This document shows positions 19,511-29,628 of a stretch of DNA of 56,230 bases, piece by piece. The notes below the pieces were generated by a model. The model saw nothing but the letters and a program-made list of their open reading frames with translations, did not search any database and had not been told where the DNA came from. Each line of letters starts with the position of its first letter. Position 1 is the first letter of the stretch. The translations under genes were made by a program, and so were the position numbers. Source of the DNA: a virus (taxonomy: Duplodnaviria > Caudoviricetes); IMG/VR virus record IMGVR_UViG_3300023443_000297, positions 1 through 56,230 of that record. One strand, given 5' to 3'.

Positions 19511-19936
19511 TTAAAACAACCTTATACGGCTAAACGCAACAGCACTTAGTAATCCTGCGTCTAAGGCATCGATAGCTTGTTTAATTCTCTCTGCTGTTAC
19601 TCCTCTGACTTGGGTATCGGTTCCTGCTTCAGCTTCAGCTTGAGACATTGCTGTTTCCAATCCGACAACACCAGCGCTCTGCCCTGCCAGAATATCACCA
19701 GTGGTAACAGTTGATAGGTCCGCCTCTAATCCTCCGCGCTCCTGCAGCCATCTATTTGATGCGTCCATAACTGCAACTCTTTCTAATGCATTAGCACCTG
19801 TTGCAACTAGCATGTCACCGTCTGTGGTTACATGAAATGGTGCCGTCTGTACCAAGTTATCCCGAAGATGTGGGTTTAATAGGATGGCAGTTACCACCTC
19901 TCCTGTTACCCATGTTCTTGGTGTAGTCCAAGCCAT
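19511..19936 (-). CDS. Tail fibre/tip-like protein, paralog 1
   Basis: MAWTTPRTWVTGEVVTA N-terminus. Confidence 0.65.
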   Translation of the reverse strand: MAWTTPRTWVTGEVVTAILLNPHLRDNLVQTAPFHVTTDGDMLVATGANALERVAVMDASNRWLQERGGLEADLSTVTTGDILAGQSAGVVGLETAMSQAEAEAGTDTQVRGVTAERIKQAIDALDAGLLSAVAFSRIRLF

Positions 19937-20358
19937 TAACTAATACCGTTCTCCCTATTTTGATCGTTTAACTGCCCCACAGTCTCACCTGGTAACCAGT
20001 TACGAGATTTCGGTATGAGGCCAGATAATGGCCTTTTCAGTAGAGCCTTCTCTATTAGTCTACGCCTAGAAACGCTTGGGAATACAACGGTATGCCATCC
20101 ACTCCCACACTCCATACAGAGGAACACAGGATCACTAGGTGTCACTATAATCGCTCCACCACACCCCATCGGGCAATCAGCAACCCATCTACCCTCGCTA
20201 ATGTAGGCTACCGCTAATTCAGATTTCGTGAACGTAGCATCCGGTAGCGGCTGTTTCAACCAGAACTTAAGGAATTGGCGATAGCCAAAACCCCGATCAG
20301 TCCATTCAGACCAATCTTCGTAGCTTACTATTCGGTCAGTGCGAAATGAATAAGGCAT
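19936..20358 (-). CDS. Cys-containing tail-module protein
   Basis: GRWVADCPMGCGGA...CMECG; coupled to its neighbours. Confidence 0.6.
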   Translation of the reverse strand: MPYSFRTDRIVSYEDWSEWTDRGFGYRQFLKFWLKQPLPDATFTKSELAVAYISEGRWVADCPMGCGGAIIVTPSDPVFLCMECGSGWHTVVFPSVSRRRLIEKALLKRPLSGLIPKSRNWLPGETVGQLNDQNRENGIS

Positions 20359-21893
20359 TAATAAGCTAAACGTGTTTGGGTGTCAAGTTCAGATGTACCC
20401 AGTACCCAAAAGTCTGAAAAACTCTCTGCTTCAGATAACGAATAGGTAACCATGTGGAGCTTGCCTGAGTTAGTAATCTTGTGCTTGATCTGTTCTATAA
20501 AGAAGTCCTGATTAATCCCAAGCCCTGCATCGTTATTGGCAGTGACTGTAACTCTATCCCCTATCTCTCTAAGCAGCATCTCATCAAGCATATTCTCATC
20601 ACGATTAGCCCAATAAGACATAGATAGGTGCGGTATCGGATCCTTATAAATGCCAAGATGGAATTTAGCCCAATCAAAAGCCTCCTGTGTGTTTGGAATG
20701 AATCGGGATCTCAGGGGCCAAGTGCGGTCCCCGTATTTGGTTCGGCTGGAGGCGTCCTCCTCTCGGATAAAGATAGGGTCATCAGCAGTAATACCAGTAC
20801 CCCTAGCTTTTAAGTCCTGAACAAAAGCTGTGGAGGTAGCATGGTTGTTAGTAAATACTAGTTTCATTGTGTTAGCAAACTTGGTGGCTACTAGGGCTAT
20901 ATCAGAAGTGATATCAGAACCCCCACCGCCTGCCTGGCTATTGAAATTGAAATCAGTAGCCGTTACAGGGGTGGTCCAAGCATCCACTCCTAAGGTATCA
21001 GTAGCACTATCAGGGTTAGGATACCGAGCCCACCAAGTGAAGCTATCTCCGGGTGATATGCTAACGGATGCAGATCCAACTTGGGCCAGAGTCCAGAGGG
21101 TAGCTATTGCCTCTATTGTGTAGAGTTGGACTGTGGCCTCAAATGAGTTGAATATGTTTTCTAGCGGGTCTACCTGTCTGAGTACTGAGTAAGGCCTTGC
21201 AGCGCCACCAGCATCAGAATAGGTGGCTTGAGAGGTTAAGGCATCACCAGCTAGCCTAGCATGACGGTTATTAAAGGCAATCTTACCGTCATTGGTTTCG
21301 AATAGGAACCCTGCTTCTACCTCCTCTATCTGTTGCATTGGGGTCAAAGGGAACACTCTATCAGCCCAGAAGCGGACTATAGTGGTCTTGCCAACATCCA
21401 GAGATCGATCACCGGCAGCCCATTGAGTCTCATCCAGAATAGCACCCAGGGTGACATCAGTGGTCTCAGAGGTACGCATTGCCAAGGATATCTTCTCTTC
21501 GTTAATCTGGCCTAAAGGTCCCACGCCTTCCAAGATAGCTACGTTATCGCCCCCGCCCGTACTAGGAACCGGTATCAGACGAGTGAGGAATCCTCTCCAG
21601 ACTGGCTTATCGGTTTGGGCAGCTGAGGTGCCACGGAGACGGATAACTCTATTAGGGAGGACGTTACCAGAAATAGGGGAGGAGGTATTGTAACTAGAAT
21701 AATCACCAGAGCGGTTATCAAGTACCGCCTTGAATCGACTCGCCGACGACTTACCAACTAGCTGGGAGGCCCTATCTCGGCCCCTGGTGATCTCTATAGA
21801 TCGGACTCTGGTCATGTCTAGGTTCTCACCAGTACCGGTAAAGTCGGTGTTGCCGGACCAGTCCACGTCAAGATCGTATACTGCCTCCGCCAT
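20358..21893 (-). CDS. Minor tail (distal tail/tail tip) protein
   Basis: Follows the tape measure gene; ITRGRD, LDNRSGDY, EVEAGFLF motifs. Confidence 0.75.
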   Translation of the reverse strand: MAEAVYDLDVDWSGNTDFTGTGENLDMTRVRSIEITRGRDRASQLVGKSSASRFKAVLDNRSGDYSSYNTSSPISGNVLPNRVIRLRGTSAAQTDKPVWRGFLTRLIPVPSTGGGDNVAILEGVGPLGQINEEKISLAMRTSETTDVTLGAILDETQWAAGDRSLDVGKTTIVRFWADRVFPLTPMQQIEEVEAGFLFETNDGKIAFNNRHARLAGDALTSQATYSDAGGAARPYSVLRQVDPLENIFNSFEATVQLYTIEAIATLWTLAQVGSASVSISPGDSFTWWARYPNPDSATDTLGVDAWTTPVTATDFNFNSQAGGGGSDITSDIALVATKFANTMKLVFTNNHATSTAFVQDLKARGTGITADDPIFIREEDASSRTKYGDRTWPLRSRFIPNTQEAFDWAKFHLGIYKDPIPHLSMSYWANRDENMLDEMLLREIGDRVTVTANNDAGLGINQDFFIEQIKHKITNSGKLHMVTYSLSEAESFSDFWVLGTSELDTQTRLAY

Positions 21894-21896
21894 TAG

Positions 21897-24473
21897 TTAA
21901 GGAGACCTCTCTATTACACCAGCGAACCCGCCAGTGGAGATGGATTCACGTATCCACCTGATTACCAGTTCTCGTAGGTCATCTACTCCGTTTATATCGC
22001 CGTTGACTGTGAGACTAAAGGCAACACCGCCTTTTCCCGTACCTGCTAATGCAGTACTCTGGCGATTGCTAAGCACATCAGCCCCACGGGGAAGGTTGAC
22101 TAGTTCAGGACCCCTCTCCCCGACTAGAGCCACGCCACCACGGAAATTTTTAACACCATGAGCCAAACCCAGGCGTTCCCTCTCCGCTGCTAGACGCTCA
22201 GGGTATGAGGCTCTAGAACTGTCCAAGGCAGCCTGTCTTGCATCTATCTCACGTTGAATTGATTGATATGCTTGACTTCCTGAGGCGTGAGGACCCTGTC
22301 TATCGCGAAGCCGGGAAATTGCATTCTGTTCATGAGTGAAATGCCCTTGCTGAGCAGTAATAAAGGCATTGAGTCTACCTTGGTTACCTAGCTCACTACC
22401 CCGCTCACCTTTAGGAGTGAGTAGACCCTCCGGCACTGCCACACCCAACCTGGTAAGTTCTGCTGCTAAGGCGTTGGCATCGCCGAGGAATTTCTTGGTT
22501 GCTGCGCCTGCTTTACTTAATGAACTAACCCAAACAGAGCCAAAGGTTCTGATAACTCCACTTACATCCCCTATTTTTTCCCCTGCTTGGGAGAGTACCT
22601 TTCTAATCTCACTAAAGGTAAGGTCTGTAGTGGCCCTGATAGCGTTCATCACCTCAGTCCATGTAGGCTTGAACTGCTCTAGTTTTTTACCGACTGATGT
22701 CTGCTGGAACTCCCATCTATCCCACGCTGCTGTATTGCTGGCTATTGCTGCTAGGTTATCCGTTAGTATTCCCGATTGAACACCCAGCGTCATAGAAGCC
22801 AGATCTATAGCAGCCGCTATACTAATCTGGCCAGCCTTATACTGCTGCCATATTTCTTCCCCGTTACCTACTATACCGACCAGGGACTTTAACTGGTCTT
22901 CCTGCCCACGTAATTCATTAGCAGTCTTTATAGTTGCAATTCTGCGCTCGCCCTCGTTTCGGATGATGTCGGCCACTATCTCAGCGTACGCCTGAGTGCT
23001 TTCGTTGTATGAATCTATCCCCACCTGAGCCTCAGCTATAGAGTCTTTCAGACCATCAAGTGAGGCAGTAGCCGTGACCGTTGCTCCCCCCATACCAGAG
23101 ATCGCACCTGAGGCGGTGCTAGCTGAGGTTGCTAAACCAGACGCTGCCTCAGAAGTGGTTTTCACACTAGTACCCATCTCCTCAATAGATACAGTGGCCA
23201 GCTTGACATCGGGTATGCCCCCAGATATGGCATCTATAGCCTTTTGTATACCGTTGGCCAGGTCATCACTGAATACACCGGCTACCTTCTTAACTGCTAT
23301 CAGTAGGACTTCCAGCTGCTTGCGGAAACCGAGAGTGAATAGGTTAATCATCTCGATTATGAAGTTGATCCCCTTCTGGAAAACCGGTACTAGGAAATTC
23401 CAGAGTTGAGCGGCCTTTTGCTTAACAGTATCCCAGTTCTTCCACAGCAGTACCCCAACAGCGATCAATCCAACTATTGCTAGAACTATTAGCACGAAGG
23501 GGTTCAATGCCATAATCACATTAAGGGCAGCCCAAGCTATCTGTGCAAGTTTAACTATTTTGACTAGCCCCCCAAAGACGGCTATTATCCCAGTGAATCC
23601 AGATATCAGAAAAGGAAGGATCAGACCTATAGCCGCTAAGGCAGCAGCGATACCGCCTACCACTATGATTGCTGTCTTAACAGGGCCTGGGAGATCAGCA
23701 AAGGCCTTAATAATTGAGGCAAGTATACCTACCACCTTAGTAACTACTGGTATCAAGACTAAGCCAAGCTGACCAGAGACATCTACAAGTTGCTCCTTAG
23801 TAATACGGAGTTTGTTGGCCAAGTCCTCACTAGTTCTGGCGAAGTCCCCAGCCTTATCAGAAGTCTGCTCCATGATGACCCGAACCCTGAGCAGGCGCTT
23901 TTCTTGTTGGGTCATCTCAGATACTGACTTCTGTATACCATTAGCTAGAGCGAACTGTTTAATGGTGTTATCAGTTACATCACCGCTATAACGCCTGATG
24001 GCCTCTGTCTCACCTCTGATAGCTTGGTTGATTGCGCTCATGGCATCAGAGACATCGGTATTGAATACTGAAGCCAGATCAGCAGCCCTAGTGGTTAGGT
24101 CGGTAGTGGTAGTACCCAACTGCTGTACATTGAGGCTGGTACCCTTGAGCAGGGCACCGGTCTGGGTAGCCATCTGGTTAAAGGCGGCTGTGCTGAGGCC
24201 TACACTGGTTGCGGAGGTTTTGCCGAAGTCATGGATTATCTTGGCCGATTCACCGAAGACTACATTTACAGCATTCATGGACTCTTGTAAGTCAGAGGCA
24301 GCCTTTACTGATACCACTGCCATAGCTGTAAGTCCGCCAGCTACACCTAGTAGAGGGCCGCGCATGGAACGTAGCTTAGTGCTTACACCCTGGAGCTTAC
24401 CAGAGAAGCCTTGGAGCTTTGCACTGGCCTGGTCTTTTAGTGTAAGTACACCTTCTAGCTTTGGAGATGTCAC
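21897..24473 (-). CDS. Tape measure protein
   Basis: 858 aa, Ala/helix-rich, TM segment NPFVLIVLAI, C-terminal VGERGPELV. Confidence 0.92.
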   Translation of the reverse strand: MTSPKLEGVLTLKDQASAKLQGFSGKLQGVSTKLRSMRGPLLGVAGGLTAMAVVSVKAASDLQESMNAVNVVFGESAKIIHDFGKTSATSVGLSTAAFNQMATQTGALLKGTSLNVQQLGTTTTDLTTRAADLASVFNTDVSDAMSAINQAIRGETEAIRRYSGDVTDNTIKQFALANGIQKSVSEMTQQEKRLLRVRVIMEQTSDKAGDFARTSEDLANKLRITKEQLVDVSGQLGLVLIPVVTKVVGILASIIKAFADLPGPVKTAIIVVGGIAAALAAIGLILPFLISGFTGIIAVFGGLVKIVKLAQIAWAALNVIMALNPFVLIVLAIVGLIAVGVLLWKNWDTVKQKAAQLWNFLVPVFQKGINFIIEMINLFTLGFRKQLEVLLIAVKKVAGVFSDDLANGIQKAIDAISGGIPDVKLATVSIEEMGTSVKTTSEAASGLATSASTASGAISGMGGATVTATASLDGLKDSIAEAQVGIDSYNESTQAYAEIVADIIRNEGERRIATIKTANELRGQEDQLKSLVGIVGNGEEIWQQYKAGQISIAAAIDLASMTLGVQSGILTDNLAAIASNTAAWDRWEFQQTSVGKKLEQFKPTWTEVMNAIRATTDLTFSEIRKVLSQAGEKIGDVSGVIRTFGSVWVSSLSKAGAATKKFLGDANALAAELTRLGVAVPEGLLTPKGERGSELGNQGRLNAFITAQQGHFTHEQNAISRLRDRQGPHASGSQAYQSIQREIDARQAALDSSRASYPERLAAERERLGLAHGVKNFRGGVALVGERGPELVNLPRGADVLSNRQSTALAGTGKGGVAFSLTVNGDINGVDDLRELVIRWIRESISTGGFAGVIERSP

Positions 24474-24497
24474 CCTATTGCCCTTGCTTCATTATAG

Positions 24498-25060
24498 TTA
24501 GTTTGGTGGAGATTGGACTTTACGGGCTATTTCCTCAGTGTTGGTGAAGAGGAATATATCTTGGAACCATTGGTAATCCATTTCCTCTATCTCCTCAGGG
24601 AGCTTATGAAGCATCTTGGCAACAGTGAAGATGTTGTACCGCTCAATCCGTTCTCTATCCAGTTCCGTCCTAGGTTCCCATCCTGGGTTGAGTAAAGAAG
24701 CCCAGATTACTCTATCTTCTCTTCCACCGCTATCTGTTGGAACTGCACTCTGAGGGCTAAAGGGAGGAATTCTTGTATTATCTCCCAGATAGCCCAAGCG
24801 ATACCTAGGTCAAGGTCAGCTATGTTCTCCTCACTGATCCCCGCTACTTCATCAGTATCATCATCGTTAAGGAATGACCAGCCCTTGATTGCCCTGAACA
24901 GAACACCGGCGATTGGTGCGTCACTGTCACCTATATCCATCACCATCTTGACAGTGACCCCAGTGGATATTTCCACCCATTCCTCGCGATCCAGTACCGG
25001 GTAATCATCGGGGGATAAGATGACTTTGGTTATACTCCGCTTACTTACAAACGCGCTCAT
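24498..25060 (-). CDS. Tail assembly chaperones G (24707..25060) and GT (via -1 frameshift)
   Basis: Slippery C CCT TTA at 24764-24758 leads into the -1 frame PFSPQSA...; directly upstream of the tape measure gene. Confidence 0.85.
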
Positions 25061-25103
25061 GGTAGCTATCAGCTCCTTTTGCGTTCTTGTGCTTAGTGAT
25101 GAC

Positions 25104-25583
25104 CTAGTGGGTGCCTATAGTAACATCGCCATCCACCTGAAGATTAGCATCCATTAGCACCATCTCACCTAGTCTTGCTCTTTCTGTTAGTGCAGTTATA
25201 AAGCACTCTCCAGTGAATTTGCGTTTGCCTGATCCAGTGGAGTCAGGTGAGAATTCGAAGGATCTGGTTTTGGTTGAGGTAGCAGCAGTTGATAGGTCCC
25301 CGAACCACTCCTCTAGGGCAAAGGGGAATCCTTCACCACTGGATGACTTATCCGAATTCCACATCAGATTTATGGCCACCTGAGCATTCTTCATAGTGTC
25401 GTTAAAGAACTTACGCCCTGTGTCCGCTAATGAAGTGATCTCAGCTTGCTCTATCTCACCTGGAAGGCCTTCTATACCAGTCACGTAAGCCGATATATCC
25501 TGTAATGACAGTAAGTGATTACTGGAGCCAGACGGTATATCAAATTTGATTACCGAAGCCTTGGAGTGCTGAAAACCAGCCAT
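25104..25583 (-). CDS. Major tail (tube) protein, paralog 2
   Basis: MAGFQHSK start; EFSPD..G...FTGECFIT...LQVDG. Confidence 0.8.
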   Translation of the reverse strand: MAGFQHSKASVIKFDIPSGSSNHLLSLQDISAYVTGIEGLPGEIEQAEITSLADTGRKFFNDTMKNAQVAINLMWNSDKSSSGEGFPFALEEWFGDLSTAATSTKTRSFEFSPDSTGSGKRKFTGECFITALTERARLGEMVLMDANLQVDGDVTIGTH

Positions 25584-25729
25584 TAGTGGGACCTCCTGTT
25601 TATGGTAGGTTTAACCAGAGTCTGTATACAAACTCAAGGGTAAAGGTAGAACAGCAGGGGAGTCGAATACCAAGCTCTGAAATGAAATCTACAAAGTCAG
25701 CCGAATCCTCACTGTCCATGTCGTGTCTT

Positions 25730-26164
25730 TTAAGTAATAGTTGGAGCGCCATCTACTTGGAACTCAGCCCTACCTGCTACTGCCTCGCCTACTCTAGACG
25801 TAATTGGCATAGAGGTTAGCCAGCACTCACCGCTGATGGACCGTATACCACCTACAGAGGATTGGCCGTCTGGATAGAACTCGAAGGACTTGGTAGCGGT
25901 GGAGCCGAATATACCTAGGGCAAGATCAGTGAATCCTCCGCTTGAGGACGCATCTGAGTTGTACATGAAATCCAGGGTGAATGTAGCATTCTTCAAGCCG
26001 GGTATGAACTTGTGCCCGGCATCCCCAAACGCAGAGATATCAGATAGTTCCTGCTCGCCGGGTAGGCCCTCAACTCCAGTCACGTATGCTGTGACCTTTC
26101 GTATAGTACCGGCACTATCATCTATGTTGAACCTAGAATTTTTGGAGTGCTGAAAACCAGCCAT
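25730..26164 (-). CDS. Major tail (tube) protein, paralog 1
   Basis: MAGFQHSK start; FIPGLKNATF, EFYPDG, GECWLT...FQVDG. Confidence 0.8.
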   Translation of the reverse strand: MAGFQHSKNSRFNIDDSAGTIRKVTAYVTGVEGLPGEQELSDISAFGDAGHKFIPGLKNATFTLDFMYNSDASSSGGFTDLALGIFGSTATKSFEFYPDGQSSVGGIRSISGECWLTSMPITSRVGEAVAGRAEFQVDGAPTIT

Positions 26165-26176
26165 TGGTCTATCCTC

Positions 26177-26602
26177 CTAAATGGATTTGATTATGCCAAA
26201 GGTAAACTGACAGGAGTATTCCCAAGGTCCCATGCCATCCCTATCACGCTCCACCTGGCCAGAGCTTATTAGGGTAGTCACGTCTACTTTGGATCCCAAG
26301 GTGTCATCTGTTCTGAGACCCCTTTTGATACTCTCAGTGCCTGTCGGTGAGCGGTACTTATCCATCTCATTCCATACCTCTCTGGAATTAGCGCCAAAGA
26401 GATACAAGGTGGCATGGACGTTGAACCTGAGACTATTACCGCTAAGGTCGAGATTATGGTACTCAATCGGATCATGCTCAATCACTAAGGCTGGCTTGCT
26501 TTGCACTCCCTCATCTGGAGGGTAGGTATAGACTGTGATGCCCGGGTTTGCTGTTTCTAGGATCGATTTCAAACCGTCACGTATGTCGCTGAGATCAGAC
26601 AT
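26177..26602 (-). CDS. Tail terminator-like protein
   Basis: Size and position between the gp10-like gene and the tail tube genes. Confidence 0.65.
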   Translation of the reverse strand: MSDLSDIRDGLKSILETANPGITVYTYPPDEGVQSKPALVIEHDPIEYHNLDLSGNSLRFNVHATLYLFGANSREVWNEMDKYRSPTGTESIKRGLRTDDTLGSKVDVTTLISSGQVERDRDGMGPWEYSCQFTFGIIKSI

Positions 26603-26654
26603 TAGGGTAAGTCTCTCGCCTTACAAGAACTCATCTCCCTCTCCTTACTGTCGG

Positions 26655-27131
26655 TTACCTGCGTTTCCAAACGGATTCAATTTCTTTGGCAGCGGAGTTA
26701 AGTCGTGCTTGGAAGAACGGTCTAGTAGCCTGCATGCCATCCCTTAGCATGTGGTCGCCTTTGGTACCTCGTCTTGAGATTGCCCTAGCTATTAGGAAGG
26801 CTCCTCCTTTGCCGAAACCATGACGCCTAGCCCAGGGTTGCAGTGCCGATATCGGGGGGAAGTGAGGTGCAGAGCCGAATTCGAGAGGTAGGATATATTC
26901 CAGCCTACTGGATATCTTGGCCCACTTCGGTATCCTACCCCTATCCACACTGGTCTCCCAGCTTCCCCTAGCACGGCCTGTGTCTACACGGGTTCTCTCT
27001 TGTGTCTGTCCTTTGGCATACTCAATAGATTGACTTAAGGCCCTGCGTAATGGTCTGCCGAACAGATTGGGATCGCTGAGTTTGCGCCTCCATCGGTCTA
27101 GATTCTTAATTTCAAATCCGGTCTCAGCCAT
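26655..27131 (-). CDS. HK97 gp10-like tail completion protein
   Basis: RVDTGRARGSW...YILPLEFG..PHFPP. Confidence 0.8.
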   Translation of the reverse strand: MAETGFEIKNLDRWRRKLSDPNLFGRPLRRALSQSIEYAKGQTQERTRVDTGRARGSWETSVDRGRIPKWAKISSRLEYILPLEFGSAPHFPPISALQPWARRHGFGKGGAFLIARAISRRGTKGDHMLRDGMQATRPFFQARLNSAAKEIESVWKRR

Positions 27132-27334
27132 TACTATAGCCCTAGAGAACCGCAATCAAAACGCGGGGCTAAATACCAAGCTGCCCCAGCAGTGATCGCT
27201 AATAGTATAGTACCAGCCAATACCGTGCCAATCAAAGTCCAAATCCAGCCCTTCATACTACGTAAACTGCCACAATACACCCGACTACTATTAGGGCAAC
27301 AGCAACTGCCCCGACTCGGAACATAAACTCACTA

Positions 27335-27559
27335 TTAGGCATTGTCGGCTGCTTCCTCTTCCGCTATCATCTGGCCAAGTATATCTATCAGCATACGGTC
27401 AGCGTTGTATAGCTTTTTGAACAGGCTAACCAGCCTAACATAAGACAGGGAATCTACATCGCCACCCCACTCAACCTCGGACAACTGGTCCCTTAGTTGC
27501 ATTATGTCCTTAGCTTCTGAGTCCAAGTCCTCCATAGTAGTCATTTCAAGCACCTCCAT
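27335..27559 (-). CDS. Hypothetical protein
   Basis: GGAGGTG RBS. Confidence 0.5.
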   Translation of the reverse strand: MEVLEMTTMEDLDSEAKDIMQLRDQLSEVEWGGDVDSLSYVRLVSLFKKLYNADRMLIDILGQMIAEEEAADNA

Positions 27560-27574
27560 CCTACCCAGATCGTG

Positions 27575-28447
27575 CTAGGCTACCATCTTGATATAGGGCC
27601 TGATTAGGTCTCTGATATCACGATCCAATCCAGTCACTACCGGACCGACTTGGCCTGTCTCTTGAAATCCTATCTGGTTGGCGAATCCCTGTCCGCGCCT
27701 AGTCCACAGTCTGGAGGTTTGTTCTATAGTGGCCTCAACTATTGGGGATGGATAGATGTAGACCTGTATATCAGTGTCGTTAGTATGGGCAGCTGCTGTA
27801 GTGCCGTTAATTCCTCTGATGACCGTGATATCCCCATCTATAGCAGTAGAGCGATCAGTAACGTACATCTGCTCGGAACCCATCTTGATAGTAGCGCCAA
27901 CCTCAATCTTGGTGGATGGGGCTGCTGAGGTTGAGGTATTTATTCCGGTCTGGGTAGCAGACATCGATGAATTGAGATTTATCCCAACATCATTCAGCCA
28001 TTCCCAGTATCCGAACCTAGCCGCTATCTCATAACGCTTCTGGCCTTTGAGGAATATATCTTGTGATCCGTTTGAACGAAGGTTGACCTCTATAGCTTGG
28101 TAGGGACTAGATCGCTGTACTTCAGCAGTGGGATCAGCATCATAGGGCCAGAGTTCATAATCAGTGGAAGACCAGGTGATATTGTAGGTACCATCGCCAT
28201 TGTCATCCTCCTTTAGTGCAGTGATGGCGACTATATCCCAGTCCGGAAACAGGATGCGGGTCTTGTCGTTACCAGCAAAGTAGCGGGTAGCTGTGATAGA
28301 GTTGAAATGGCGGCGGGTATAGCCGTCAAATTCCACGCTAACTGCTTCAATCAGGCGGCGAAGGCGCAGATCATCTGTAGAGCCAGCGATATTCAAAGCT
28401 CCACGGCTCTTGAAGAAATCCAAGGTGGCATAGGAGAGATTAGGCAT
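27575..28447 (-). CDS. Head-tail connector (gp6-like) with an inserted beta domain
   Basis: YATLD...LIEAVS..FDGYTRR N-terminus; P..IVEAT...LIRPY C-terminus; insert containing VIRGINGTTAAAH. Confidence 0.75.
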   Translation of the reverse strand: MPNLSYATLDFFKSRGALNIAGSTDDLRLRRLIEAVSVEFDGYTRRHFNSITATRYFAGNDKTRILFPDWDIVAITALKEDDNGDGTYNITWSSTDYELWPYDADPTAEVQRSSPYQAIEVNLRSNGSQDIFLKGQKRYEIAARFGYWEWLNDVGINLNSSMSATQTGINTSTSAAPSTKIEVGATIKMGSEQMYVTDRSTAIDGDITVIRGINGTTAAAHTNDTDIQVYIYPSPIVEATIEQTSRLWTRRGQGFANQIGFQETGQVGPVVTGLDRDIRDLIRPYIKMVA

Positions 28448-28453
28448 TATAAC

Positions 28454-28948
28454 TCAGACTTCAACAGCTACACCATCAGGGCTAACTGGGGCAGCTGTAG
28501 ACTCTTTAGACTCTTTAGGCTCTTTAGGCTCTTTAGTTTGCACGTTGTTGCTTAGCCACTCCATCAGGTGTGCCCAATCCGCACTGGCCCACAACCGTAT
28601 TTGCTCAGTAAGTCGAGCTTTCATCCAGTCAAAGTCATTGCGGCTCATTTCCACCCAGTCAAACCCCTCATCATTTGCGTACTGTAACAAACGCACAATG
28701 TCCTTTGATCGGTGTGCTCCCTCCAGATCCTTCACTTCAAAGCGACGGACCGAATGTATCAGAACATCAAGAAGCGCAGAGTCATGCTCGCAGTCTATCT
28801 GAGGGCAAGAACCGGGTTTACAAATGTGAAGCCCTAGGGTTCCCTGATACGCCCACGCCTCACCAACAATATTCAGGAACTCATCAGGGACTGGAATATA
28901 GGATGCCTGCTTTGCAACTGCCGCCTTACTTCGCTTTCCTGTTGGCAC
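28454..28948 (-). CDS. Hypothetical protein
   Basis: GAGGAG RBS; KEP/KES repeats. Confidence 0.55.
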   Translation of the reverse strand: MPTGKRSKAAVAKQASYIPVPDEFLNIVGEAWAYQGTLGLHICKPGSCPQIDCEHDSALLDVLIHSVRRFEVKDLEGAHRSKDIVRLLQYANDEGFDWVEMSRNDFDWMKARLTEQIRLWASADWAHLMEWLSNNVQTKEPKEPKESKESTAAPVSPDGVAVEV

Positions 28949-28951
28949 GGT

Positions 28952-29203
28952 TTACTCCTCCTTTGCAAATTTCAAGTTGATTTTATCAGAGGAAGCACTG
29001 AACGACATATTCCCAACTTTAATAGGTATCGGCTCAGCCACCATTGTAAGACTGAAACGCTCCCCCACAAGTGTTTCAAGGATAATTTTCTTATCCCCTA
29101 CTTCAATAACTTTAGCCCCGACTAGGGCATCCCGTGCATCCTCCAAGGTCTTTATGGCGTCAAAGTTGCGTAGCATGTTACCCCTCTTATCTACTGTCAT
29201 CAA
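28952..29203 (-). CDS. Hypothetical protein
   Basis: ORF within the operon. Confidence 0.5.
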   Translation of the reverse strand: MMTVDKRGNMLRNFDAIKTLEDARDALVGAKVIEVGDKKIILETLVGERFSLTMVAEPIPIKVGNMSFSASSDKINLKFAKEE

Positions 29204-29459
29204 CAGTTGGGGGGACTCTTACATCCTCTAGACCTGACACTGGTCCAGTTTCTATCAGGTATCCCAGGGTATTATTCACAAGCAGCTTATGCTGCCAGGC
29301 GATAATATCGTCGTTGGTGGCTGCTCGTGGCTCGTCTTGGGCATCTAATAGGGATGTGCCCGCCGTAAGAGCATCCCTGTGGTTGGTTAGCTCACGTTCG
29401 GTTACGGTAATCCCAGCGCGTCCGAAAGTGGTTATCATTTGTGCATCCGTGGTTGGCAT
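29187..29459 (-). CDS. Hypothetical protein
   Basis: TAATG-coupled ORF. Confidence 0.55.
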   Translation of the reverse strand: MPTTDAQMITTFGRAGITVTERELTNHRDALTAGTSLLDAQDEPRAATNDDIIAWQHKLLVNNTLGYLIETGPVSGLEDVRVPPTVDDSR

Positions 29460-29628
29460 TATCTACCCTCTAAAAGGTTATTTTTCCTGATACGTATACA
29501 TACCCGACCAAACCAGTTCGGTAGCCTGCATACCTTATGCCCACACCACCAAAAATGTGTTTTATTACCTAGATCCCCTGCTTCGAAAGTATATCCAGTG
29601 TCCCCTTTCCCGAAAGTAAGATCCACCA

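Noticed and set aside
19074-19936. Diversity-generating retroelement TR/VR pair
   Set aside because: No reverse transcriptase, the differences are not adenine-specific, and both copies are intact genes
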